Positions 10,828-20,600 of a stretch of 52,511 nucleotides of DNA are shown here, in pieces. A model generated the notes under the pieces. That model searched no databases. It saw only the letters and a list, made by a program, of their open reading frames with translations, and had not been told where the DNA came from. The stretch comes from Planctomycetota bacterium (GTDB lineage Bacteria; Planctomycetota; GCA-002687715; DRQF01), in contig JAZGFI010000289.1 in assembly GCA_036479435.1 (NCBI GenBank), positions 1-52,511 on the forward strand, written 5' to 3'. The position numbers were made by a program, and so were the translations under genes. Numbering within the stretch: the first letter of the stretch is position 1; each line of letters opens with the position of its first letter.

Positions 10828-11172
10828 ATGTTCAGGTTCAGCGGCCCCACGGAATTTTTGCCTTTCCTTTCGGGGGGAACACCATTCTTCGCCGGTATCG
10901 GCGACTACTTTCCCTTCATCGCCATCATCGCGGTCTTCCTCTTGGTGGTGGTCTTGCCTGCCCGCAAAGAAAAGAAGGCCAAGGCCAACATGCTCGAAAC
11001 CCTGAAAAAGGGCGACAAGGTGCTCCTCCAGGCGGGCATGATCGGCAAGATTCAGCAGGTCAAAAACGGCGATGACACCGTCGTGGTCGACTTTGACGGC
11101 ACAAAAATTCCCTTCTTAAAGAGCACCATCATCCGCGTTTTCAACGACAAGAAGGTAGAAGCGAAGAGCTAA
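10828..11172 (+). CDS. yajC: Preprotein translocase subunit YajC
   Basis: Single TM helix followed by P.RKEKK and LKKGDKV...GMIGKI; typical size. Confidence 0.88.
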   Translation: MFRFSGPTEFLPFLSGGTPFFAGIGDYFPFIAIIAVFLLVVVLPARKEKKAKANMLETLKKGDKVLLQAGMIGKIQQVKNGDDTVVVDFDGTKIPFLKSTIIRVFNDKKVEAKS

Positions 11173-11182
11173 GCCCACCGCA

Positions 11183-11584
11183 GTGTCCTTCGCCCCGGAT
11201 CTTAAAATGAGGCGAATGGACTTTCGAAAGCGCTCCCTGAATTTTTTGCGAGGCCGCGCCGCTGAGCGCGCTTGCGCCCGGTGGCTCAAACAGCAGGGAT
11301 ATCGCATCCTGGCCCGCAACTTCCGCATCGGCCGCGACGAGATTGACATCGTCGCGCGCCTAGCCTCCGAGCTGGTGCTGGTCGAAGTTAGATTTCGCAG
11401 CGCGGGTTTAGGCTACGCTGCGGACTCTTTGTCTCCTAAAAAGCTGAAGAGCCTGCGCCGCGCCCACCGATCTTTTCTGCACAAGTTCCACCTGCCTTTT
11501 GCCCACGCGCGGCTTGACTTTGTTGCGGTCAGCCGCGAGGGGCGCCGCTGGCAATTCGAGCACCGCATCGGTTTGGGTGATTGA
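11183..11584 (+). CDS. yraN: YraN family (UPF0102) nuclease-like protein
   Basis: GRAAERAC..WL...GYRILARNFR...EIDIVA....LVLVEVR, RLDFVAV; start may be ATG 11207. Confidence 0.88.
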   Translation: MSFAPDLKMRRMDFRKRSLNFLRGRAAERACARWLKQQGYRILARNFRIGRDEIDIVARLASELVLVEVRFRSAGLGYAADSLSPKKLKSLRRAHRSFLHKFHLPFAHARLDFVAVSREGRRWQFEHRIGLGD

Positions 11585-11605
11585 CCGTGGTCGTGAGGTC
11601 GGGCC

Positions 11606-14551
11606 TCAGCGGCGTTTTTGCTCCGCGAGTCGGTTCAAGATGAGGGCCGCCATCGCGGTCGAATAAACGCGGCCGCCGACGCTGCCCCAGGCGCCAGTGG
11701 GATCAAAGGAGCCGTCATTTTTTTGCTGGCCTGAAAGTGCGTGGCCCAAGGCCCTAAACCAGGTCTTTTCAAAGTCGCCGCCCATTCGAACCGCCGCTTC
11801 GGTACCCCAGTACCAATAGTAAAGATCAACGCTGCCGCGGCGGAGATCCCAACGCGGGAGTCTTTTAAGCAATAGGTCCTGCGCCAGCCTCTCGGTCTTT
11901 TTGTCGACGGACTTGGCGTCGAAACGGATGACGAAAGCGGCGGCGGTCATCGCCTCTGATTCCCTCGGAGGAAAGGCTTCCAATTGACTTTTCTGGCGGA
12001 TCGAACTGCCACCTCTTTTGATGTAACCCGTACGCCCGGTGATGGGATCGGTCATGCTGTCGAGGTAGGACAAGGCCCACTCAAGGGCCCGGTCGTCCAT
12101 TCCTTCGCTGCCCACATCGCGTGCGCGCAAGAGCGCCGCCATCATCCAGCAAGTCACCGAAACGTCGTTGTCGCCATCGCGCTCGCCGTAGCGCCATGCT
12201 TGGTAGGGGTTTTGAGATTCGATGATCGCGGACAGTCCACTCTCAAGTACGTCCTGCCATTTCTCGCTGTCGTCGCCGTCATAGGACTCCAGAAAGGTGA
12301 GCACGCAGAGCGCGTCGGCGTAATTGGAAGCCGTTCCCAAAGTCGGAGTAAAGCGCCCGTCCGGCTGCTGCACAGATTTCAAAAACTCAAGGCCCTTGTC
12401 GACAGCGCTTGCGATCCCCGCATCCTGCTTCGAGCCCATCGACTTTTGAAGAGTCCAAAGGGCGAGCGCGTGCCGGCCGATCTGAAGCGCCGAAGTATCG
12501 CGGGCCTTTTCGTCCGCAAATGCAATAACGCCCGTCGCGTCTTGCTGAGCCAATAGCCAAGCCAGAGCGCGGTCGCGCTGAGTCTTGAGAACGCTCGGAG
12601 CCATCGCGGCCTTCTCAGAAACACCGGGCCGGCCGTCGTCGTCCAGGTCCGGGCGCACGGCGAATAGAACCGTCACTCCCGAGCCGACCTTCATCCCATG
12701 CGCAAGACAATGCACCTCCAAGGCACTAAGGCCACGAGGATCAAAGACCACGGGATCATGAGGCCTCAGCACGGAAATGCTCTTCCCAAGGCCATGGAGG
12801 GCATCTTGAACTTCTTTGAGGCTGCCCGTCACAAGGGCCCTGCCATCGACTTCGGCGACGATCTTGCCGTCGGCTTTCGTCAACCGGATTCTGATCCGAG
12901 TGTCTTTGTCGCCGGAGTCTGATTTGAGAGTCGTTAAGCCCCAGCCTCGCGATAGCGCTGATGGCGGCGCGGCCGAGAAACTGAGGAGACGAACATCGAC
13001 AAGCGACGGGTCGAGAGCCTGGCGCGCTGCGAGCATCATGATCCGCAACACTGCCGCGAAGGGTTCGGCCCCATCCAGCTCAATCAGGATCGGCGAGGGC
13101 GGCCCAGATAAGTCGAACTGTCGCGCGCTCGACTGGCGAAGTTTTTGCACGACCTTGTCGATCGTCGCGACTTTGCCGTCGATCTGAAACTTGCTCCCCT
13201 GATCGCTGATTCTCAACCTGAAGGCATAGGGGTCTTTTTCCTGCTCGGCAGCCATTGGCACTGCCGCCCCGGCACGGGCCGGGCTCGGCACTGCTTTCAG
13301 ACCCACAAGCGCGGAAGCTACCACGAAGAACATGGCGAGCAACGCCAAGCGCCGTCGGCCAGACAAGGGCATCCAATCCACGCCGCCACCGTCTAGAATC
13401 AAATCGAGTCGTTTCATCAAGGCCTCCTTACCATCATCAGCAAAACCAATAGACACTCGCCAAGGCGGTGTCGACGTCATTTCTTCCCGCAACAAGCGAA
13501 CGATGCCCTCGGCGTAGACGCTGCGGCAGGGCAGCACTTTCACCACGGCTGCGTCGGTGATGATTTCACGTTCGCGGCGCAAACCTCGCCGTGCGACCCA
13601 CAACCCCGGGGCAAACCAAAAGACCGCAACCACCATGTCGGCGAAGATCTGAATCAAGGCATCACGACGGCGGACATGCACAAGCTCGTGAAGCAAAAGG
13701 GGAATCATGGCTTCCTCATCGAACTTTGCGATGAGGCTCTCCGGCAAGATCACGACCGGTCGCCGCCAACCGTGCAAAGCAGGGCTGGTGAGGGTTGAAC
13801 TCTGCCGCCATTCCACGGCGCGTTTCACGCCAACTCGACGGCGCAGCTGATACCCAACTCGCTTGATGGCCAAGCCAGCCGTCGTTGTTTGTGCCAGCAT
13901 GACCTGCGCTCTCCACTCGCCGAAAAGCCGCCGTGCGATCAGCGCCAAAGCGATGGCAAACCACAGCAACAAGACCGCCAGTTCCCCGCTCTGGCGAAAG
14001 CTCGGTCGAGTTTTCATGGCCACGGTGAATGCCGCGCCTGTTTTTCCCTCGGGTTCCTTCGCCACCTTGAGAGTTCTTATCGCTGGGGGCCGTGCGCCGC
14101 CGACCGTTTCGGATTCGTTTTTTGGCTCAGCTTTTTTCGAGGCGTCGAGCCAGGATCGATTGGGATCCTGCTCTAGGCTAGTAAGTGGTCTCCGACCGCT
14201 CTCGACTGGTGGTGGTGACACCGCCGTTGCCGCCTGCGCGTGACCTGATAGACCAAGGTCTTTGGGCTCATCAGTCTCACCGAGGTCGTCGCGGCTGGCC
14301 GCAGGTCGCGCGGAGCTGGACTCCAGCTCGATTGTCATCAAGGGCCACGATGGAGCCAGCCAAAACCCCAAAGGCAAACAAGCAGCCATCGCCAGGACAC
14401 CCAGCCACACGCCGTGGCGCCATGCAGCTCGTGTGCGCCGCGTCAGCGACATTCCCGCCCAGACCAAAGTGGAACAAAGAACGACTTGAAGCGCGAGGCT
14501 GAGCGCCGAGGGCCAAAGAGCGGCGCTTACTTTGAGCAGAGATTCCATCAC
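11606..14551 (-). CDS. BlaR1/MecR1-type M56 peptidase fused to an ExbD-like region and a C-terminal prenyltransferase/squalene-oxidase-repeat barrel
   Basis: RHGVWL, SPALHG...PVVILP, zinc motif LLHELVH, FWFAP, ERE..TD; C-terminal ALAWLLAQQ, QQPDGRF, WRYG..DGDNDVSVT.W, DLYYWYWGT, GGRVYSTAM. Confidence 0.85.
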   Translation of the reverse strand: MMESLLKVSAALWPSALSLALQVVLCSTLVWAGMSLTRRTRAAWRHGVWLGVLAMAACLPLGFWLAPSWPLMTIELESSSARPAASRDDLGETDEPKDLGLSGHAQAATAVSPPPVESGRRPLTSLEQDPNRSWLDASKKAEPKNESETVGGARPPAIRTLKVAKEPEGKTGAAFTVAMKTRPSFRQSGELAVLLLWFAIALALIARRLFGEWRAQVMLAQTTTAGLAIKRVGYQLRRRVGVKRAVEWRQSSTLTSPALHGWRRPVVILPESLIAKFDEEAMIPLLLHELVHVRRRDALIQIFADMVVAVFWFAPGLWVARRGLRREREIITDAAVVKVLPCRSVYAEGIVRLLREEMTSTPPWRVSIGFADDGKEALMKRLDLILDGGGVDWMPLSGRRRLALLAMFFVVASALVGLKAVPSPARAGAAVPMAAEQEKDPYAFRLRISDQGSKFQIDGKVATIDKVVQKLRQSSARQFDLSGPPSPILIELDGAEPFAAVLRIMMLAARQALDPSLVDVRLLSFSAAPPSALSRGWGLTTLKSDSGDKDTRIRIRLTKADGKIVAEVDGRALVTGSLKEVQDALHGLGKSISVLRPHDPVVFDPRGLSALEVHCLAHGMKVGSGVTVLFAVRPDLDDDGRPGVSEKAAMAPSVLKTQRDRALAWLLAQQDATGVIAFADEKARDTSALQIGRHALALWTLQKSMGSKQDAGIASAVDKGLEFLKSVQQPDGRFTPTLGTASNYADALCVLTFLESYDGDDSEKWQDVLESGLSAIIESQNPYQAWRYGERDGDNDVSVTCWMMAALLRARDVGSEGMDDRALEWALSYLDSMTDPITGRTGYIKRGGSSIRQKSQLEAFPPRESEAMTAAAFVIRFDAKSVDKKTERLAQDLLLKRLPRWDLRRGSVDLYYWYWGTEAAVRMGGDFEKTWFRALGHALSGQQKNDGSFDPTGAWGSVGGRVYSTAMAALILNRLAEQKRR

Positions 14552-14943
14552 GACTTCTGCTCCTTTTTCTTCAACTCTTGGATGCGCGCCTCGAGCTTAG
14601 AGAGAGTTGCCGCGTCGATCTTTTTCCCGTCCACGAGGTGCACGAGCGCCTCATCGAGGGCTCCGTCAAAAGTGCGATCGACAAACTCGCGCACGAGTTT
14701 CCGCATCGTGCTATCGCGTTTCAGTCGAGCGCTGTAGACGTGGCTGCGGGCGCTGCGATCCACAGCGACGATGCCTTTGGGCTCCATGAGCTGGAGCATC
14801 TTCAAGATCGTCGTGTAACCGACCGGCTTGCGCGACTTGAGCCTTTCAAGGACTTCGCGCGCGGTACTGGGGCCACGCTCCCAGAGCACTTTCAAGATCT
14901 CCAACTCCGAGGAAGTGGGTTTGGCTCGATTAGCTGCGGACAT
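14548..14943 (-). CDS. BlaI/MecI/CopY family transcriptional repressor
   Basis: PTSSELEILKVLWERGPST.REV, GYTTILKMLQLM..KG.V, RSHVY, F.G; overlaps the M56 gene by 4 nt. Confidence 0.93.
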   Translation of the reverse strand: MSAANRAKPTSSELEILKVLWERGPSTAREVLERLKSRKPVGYTTILKMLQLMEPKGIVAVDRSARSHVYSARLKRDSTMRKLVREFVDRTFDGALDEALVHLVDGKKIDAATLSKLEARIQELKKKEQKS

Positions 14944-14954
14944 CGCGATCTCCT

Positions 14955-14988
14955 TTGTGACGAATCACAACGTACGAACTCTTTCGTA
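14955..14988. promoter_or_regulatory. Palindromic operator-like sites upstream of the blaI-like gene
   Basis: TACGAA-CTCT-TTCGTA (14973-14988) and TTGTGA-CGAA-TCACAA (14955-14970), both perfect 6-4-6 inverted repeats 12-45 bp upstream of the start. Confidence 0.7.
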
Positions 14989-15047
14989 GATTGGAAGAAA
15001 AAAAGAGATGGCTCTCATTTTCGGTCTGTTGACCACCATCCGCCCCG

Positions 15048-17429
15048 CTATGCGCGTAGCTCTCGGAGGCTTTCTAGGTGCTGCTCGATTATCTCGAGAT
15101 TGACCCGGCGTATCGTGGGCAGATCGCCAACGCCCGGAACGTCAAAGGGAATATCGACCGCGGGGGCTGACATCGCAGAGAAGTTTAACTTGGGTTGGTG
15201 AATCAAGTTCAGAGCACGTCGAAGCTCCTCAATGAACTCACCGATCTGACGGAGAGCCTCCGCGCGTTCGATCTGCTCACGATCCTTCGCCAAAATCTGC
15301 TCACGCGCTTCCCGCAATTGCTGCGCTTGCCCTGCGATGCTCTCGTAGTGCTGGCTTAATCGTTCGGGGCTTTTGGCGAGGTAGTTTTCGATTCTGGCGA
15401 ATTCTGGGTGCGCACGCGCTTCTTCAAGTATTGAATCGACGCGCGCCTCGGCGGTCGACGTCCCTTGGGCCAAAGCCGTTCCGAGGCGTCCGACTTCGCG
15501 GCCCAGCAAGTTGATCAGGCCCTCAAAGCGCGCGGGAATTGAAGCGTAGGCCTCGACCAACTTGCTCATCGCCTGGTTGTTGTCGGCGCTGATCGCGGCG
15601 GGGGTGCCGAGCAGTGGTAAATCGACGTCGGCCTCGGGCAAGATCGGGGCTTCCAAATCAAGGTCCAACACGCCCTGCGCCAGCGACGCCGCCAAGGATC
15701 TAAACGCGACGATCTCGCGCGTCAAGAATTGGATGAGCTGGTTTTTGGTCTTGAGCTTCTTGTCGGACTGCAAGGAGGAATGAAAATCCTCAAGGATCTG
15801 CTGATTCTCGTGAATGATCGCCGCGATCGATCCCAAACCCGGGACGTGTTCTTCGACCTGAGGTGCTTCCGGAGCCCGGCGAAGCTCGCCGTCGCCGCCC
15901 TCAGTGAGCGCGCGGCGCAAATCGAGCATCTCAGTCCCGAGAGATTCGACGAGACGGTTTTTTCCCGCCAAGGCGCGCTCGGCAGCGATAGCTCGGCCAT
16001 CGGTTTCGTCGAGGCGATGGCCCCAATCGTCTTGTTGCTGGATGAGTTTTTTTGTTTCGGATTCGAAGTGATCGCCGCGGCCTTGCTCACGCTTAAGCTC
16101 GCCGAGGTAGGCGAACATGCGCTCTTCACGCCGCATCAGCTGATGAGCGAGGTGTTCGGTACGGCGGCGAGGCAAGTCCACGTCTGGCTCGAGGCGTGAC
16201 ATGTCACGCTTGCGAATAACGTCGGCGTAGAGCTGCAAGATCACTTCGGCGTGCTGCTTCATCGACGGCAGCGCGGGGATCTTTGTCCGCCAATCGTCGA
16301 TGATGTTCGGGTTGGCGGCAATCTTCTTCAAGATCTCCGCCAGGGCTTTGGAGTCGCCCGCTGGAAAGCTGCGCCCCGCGTCGCCGATACGTTCGCCTAA
16401 AGCCCCGCGATCGGAGACAAGGCATGGCAGGCCCAAGCGGAAGGCTTCGTCCAAGACGAAGGAGTAGGACTCGGAGCAAAGTGACGGCATCACCGCAAGA
16501 TCGAGATCGACTTCTTCGATATCGGCGGGAACGAACTCTCCGTGCCAATTGACGTCGAGCCCCTCGGTAACGTCATCGAGGAGACGTCGATACCTGGGCT
16601 CAACAACTTTTCCCCAGACGTGGACATCAAATCTTTTGGCAACCCCGCTTTGTTGCAGAGCCTCGAAAAGGACGTGAGCCCCCTTCATGTGAAACAAGTG
16701 GCCCCATACGCCCAACTGGATGCGGCCGCTACGCTTTTTCCTCGAAGCTTTTTTCTTCGGCGGAGGTGGCGTGATGGTGCCGTGCGGGATGACCCGCACG
16801 CGCTCACTCGGAAACTTCATGACTCGCTTCAGCAAATCACCGTGCGCTTGGCTGGGCACGATGATGCGATGCGCTAAGGCCAATTCGTTTTCGAAGTCCT
16901 CGCGAAAACGAACGATCTCATCGTCGACGTCGCGATCTTCCATCCAAGGGAGGCGCGGCAGCGAATCGCGCCAGGCATCGGGACTTAGCGGAGCTTCACT
17001 GAAATCGCCGTCCGCGATCCTAAAAAAGGTCGGGCAAGAGACGTAAAGATCGTGCAGGGTGCAAACGACCGGCACGCCGGCGCGGTAGCAGATCTCAACG
17101 AGGTTGCGAGACAGGCGAAACCAATGGTGGATGTGGACGAGATCGGGGCGAATGCGCCGCAATTCATCCCGGAAAATGCGGGCGGCATCTGGAGAGTAGG
17201 ATCGTGTCCAATGTTCGAGATAAGCACCCGACAACACGACTTGAGTCACTTCGACATCGTCGTGAACGTAGTTTTCACGACGCGCCTCTTCGGCGTTGTG
17301 GGTGGTGCCCGCAAAGACCGCGAGGTCTTGGCCCAACGCACGCAATTCGTGGTTCAGCCCCTGAACGTAAAGTTCAGTGCCACCACGGAATTGCGGCAGA
17401 TAGCCATGGATGACCTGAAGGATCTTCAT
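15048..17429 (-). CDS. GT4-family glycosyltransferase with a long C-terminal coiled-coil/repeat extension
   Basis: MKILQVIHGYLP..RGGTE, PDLVHIHH, TLHDLY..CP, KGAHVL, PSLCSESYSFVLDEA...GLP; more than 350 extra helical residues follow. Confidence 0.85.
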   Translation of the reverse strand: MKILQVIHGYLPQFRGGTELYVQGLNHELRALGQDLAVFAGTTHNAEEARRENYVHDDVEVTQVVLSGAYLEHWTRSYSPDAARIFRDELRRIRPDLVHIHHWFRLSRNLVEICYRAGVPVVCTLHDLYVSCPTFFRIADGDFSEAPLSPDAWRDSLPRLPWMEDRDVDDEIVRFREDFENELALAHRIIVPSQAHGDLLKRVMKFPSERVRVIPHGTITPPPPKKKASRKKRSGRIQLGVWGHLFHMKGAHVLFEALQQSGVAKRFDVHVWGKVVEPRYRRLLDDVTEGLDVNWHGEFVPADIEEVDLDLAVMPSLCSESYSFVLDEAFRLGLPCLVSDRGALGERIGDAGRSFPAGDSKALAEILKKIAANPNIIDDWRTKIPALPSMKQHAEVILQLYADVIRKRDMSRLEPDVDLPRRRTEHLAHQLMRREERMFAYLGELKREQGRGDHFESETKKLIQQQDDWGHRLDETDGRAIAAERALAGKNRLVESLGTEMLDLRRALTEGGDGELRRAPEAPQVEEHVPGLGSIAAIIHENQQILEDFHSSLQSDKKLKTKNQLIQFLTREIVAFRSLAASLAQGVLDLDLEAPILPEADVDLPLLGTPAAISADNNQAMSKLVEAYASIPARFEGLINLLGREVGRLGTALAQGTSTAEARVDSILEEARAHPEFARIENYLAKSPERLSQHYESIAGQAQQLREAREQILAKDREQIERAEALRQIGEFIEELRRALNLIHQPKLNFSAMSAPAVDIPFDVPGVGDLPTIRRVNLEIIEQHLESLRELRA

Positions 17430-17640
17430 TGAGTCGGCAATTCTCCAGGGACCCTCGTCGTCATGGTTCTTCGGTTTTTGAGGGGGAGCCCATTGATGCA
17501 AAGGTCACAGTTGATTTGCCGAACATACACAAGTCCTTGATGAGATCAAATTTAAAGTCACTCTGATAAGAGCGACGATGAGGCCAGAGGGCCTTGGGGT
17601 TCAGGGTTTGCGCTTTGAGTTTAGGAGACACTAGTAAGGA

Positions 17641-20600
17641 ATGTCCGGTCACCTCTACGGCTTAGAAAAGCACTTTCGTCGCTTTCGCAACGCGGCGATG
17701 GACGAAACTAGCGGTGGGTCCGGCACTTCCGGCGGCCTAACGGAGATCGGGTTTTTGCCCTTTGCACTGTGCTTGTCGGGCTGCGGACTGGCCGCGGGCG
17801 ATGCTTTTTGTGGCCTGAGCGCGGCTTCGCCCTTGGATTGGGGTGCCGCGGCCTATTCGGCCCTTCATGTTCTATTTTTCTACACGATCATCTCCTTGCT
17901 GGCCATCGTGTTCGTGGCCTTTCTCCACCCGCTCTTTCCAAGGGCCGCCAGCGGGCTGTTTTGGCTGGCGGCGATAGGGGCTTTGGCTGGCTTTTTTTCG
18001 CTGGCCCCAGCTCTGTTTGAGGGGGAGGCCTTCCTTCAAAGGGCGCAGGCTGGACAGATCCGCGCAGGCGCCCTCCTTGGCGGCGGGCTGTGCATCCTCG
18101 CCGCATTTTGGATCTTTGCTGGAGTCTGGCGGCGGCGCCGGGGAGCGATCTCCTCGACTATCGCGTTGCTGTTTTTGGCTTTTGCCACCGGGCTTTTGTA
18201 CGCCGATTCGCGCTGGCTGACCGGCAACTACCCCCAGGCCCATCAACTCTGCGCCCTGTTCGCGGCATTTTTGGCATGGGGAGGAACAGCCTTGGCGTTC
18301 TCGCCGCGGTCACGATGGTGGAATCTTCCCGCCGGACGGGTTGCACTTGGACTCTTGGCGGTCGCCGCCCTCGCCTTCGGCGGACTAAGCCTGGTTCGCA
18401 ACTCGGACTCGGCCCACCGTTGGCGAGCGGGAGCGCTAAAGGCGGCTTTTCCGGTCGGCCGCAAGCTCGTGCCCCGACTTGAGGCGGCGGGTTTGGGTCG
18501 TTTGTTGCCACTGCCTGCGATCGACACCAATTCCCCTGGCGTTGCCGAACTATTGCGGCGAGCGCACGCGAGCACACCCGATCGGGTTCGCAAAGCACGG
18601 GACTTAACACTGGAAATGGGGCCACGGCGCTACAACGTGGTCGTGATTGCGATCGACACGCTGCGCGCGGACCTTTGCGGCTTCAGTAGTGACTCCAAAC
18701 TGCCGAGCGGCGAAAGTGACACGCCGCAACTCGATCAATTCGTCAAAGGGTCGCAGGTGTTTCCCCGCGCCTACACGCCCTACCCCACCAGTAACTACGC
18801 CTACTCTTCGCTGTTTTCGGGACGTTGGCCACGGCTTAGCCCCGCCCGGGCCCTGCTTCATCCAAAAGAAGGGATTCCTGACACGGAAACCTTGCCGGAG
18901 AGGCTGCGCCGCGAAGGTTGGCGCACCCTTGCGCAGACCGGTTTCAACGATTTGGGGATCGAAACGCCAGCCTTGTTCGGGCATCTCAAGCGCGGGTTTG
19001 ACGTTTTCAACCCGACTCACAAGGCCGAGACTCTCGACGCCGAAACGGTCACCAAGTCTTCTTTGCGCTTGATTGAAGACGCTCGGTCACCGGGGCCCTT
19101 CTTTTTGTTCGCCCACTACATGGATGCGCATGCGCCCTATCGTCTTCACGGCGCCGACAGGTCTAAGAGCAGCAAGGAGCGTTATCGCGGTGAAGTGCGC
19201 TGGGTAGATCGTCACCTTAGGCCGCTCTTAGATCGACTATCGGCGCCGGACTTGGAGCCCAACACGATCGTGTTCATCATCGCCGATCACGGCGAAGCCT
19301 TTGGTGAGCACAACACGCGTTTTCACAACTCCAGTCTCTTCGAAGAGCAAGTTCGTATTCCCTTTGCAGTCAAGATCCCGGGCTTGGCTCCCAGGCGGCA
19401 CGAAGCGGCCGCGAGCCTCTTAGACATATTGCCCACAACCCTTGGAATTCTCGGGCTCCACGATACCGAGTTCCGCAATGGTCGCGACCTCGGGCCTTTG
19501 ATTTTTGGCGACGCCGCTGATCGCGAAGCTTGGTTGGACTTTGCCTACGTCGAGCGTTTCCCGCTGGACCCATTGCCGGGCCGCGAGTTGCAAAGAGCCC
19601 TGATACTCGGTGATTGGAAAGTCCTTCGTCACGCGAACGACCCGACGCCGGAGATTTTTCAACTAAGAATCGATCCCTTCGAGACCCGCAACGTCTTTGA
19701 TGTCGGCGACCCGGAGCAAAGACAAGCCCTCTCTTTTTTGGAAGCCTTAGACGACCACGTCACGAAGACCATTGCGGTCAAGCCGAGTTCCTTAGGCGAT
19801 CTAGATTCTGCGGAGATCGATCATCAGCTCGAAAACATCCGCAAGGTCAGTCACCTAGATCGGCATCCCGCCCTCGCGCGATTGGCCCAGTACTTTTATC
19901 GGGGTCATCGCAGAAAGTTCGACCCCCAGGTTTTCAAATCGCTTTCCGATCCCGATCGCAGGCGCATCATTGAGGTCTTGATCGGCATTGCCGACAACGC
20001 CGAAGAACCGGAGTCCGCGCGTTCTTTGGCCTTCGATCTTCTGAGCGACCTCGACGGCCCCGGCGCCGATGCCTTCATGCAGAAAAGTCTAAGCCACCCG
20101 CTTGAGATCATCCGCGCCCGAGCCGCGTCTTGGTTTGCGCGCCGCGGGGATCACCGCAGCCGTGAGGCCCTACTCGGAACGCTGAAGCCGAAACACGCCA
20201 GCTGGGCTTTAGAGATCGCGCCGGTTCTCGCAGCGAATGGGGAACGCCGCGCTCTCCCTTGGTTGCAAGCCGCTTTAGCTCACGACGACGCCGACTACGT
20301 CATCGGGGCCTTGAGGGGGCTTCGGCAACTGGCCTGGCCTGAGCTCGCCCGCACCATCGCTGACCTTTTGGCTTTGTTGCCGACGACCTGGGAACGTCCT
20401 TTGGTGCAGCGCCAATTGATTGAAATCCTCGCAGCGGACTCGAGCCTCGAGGCGACGCTGTGCTTGGCGCGGCTCGGTTTTGTCACCGACGCTGACATTC
20501 AAGGCCGGGCCCAAGCCTTGCTGAATCGCCGGATGACACCCGATCGCCGCGTCCAGCTGCAATCGGCTATGGAGCATCAGTTCTTCGGCGAAGAAGCCTG

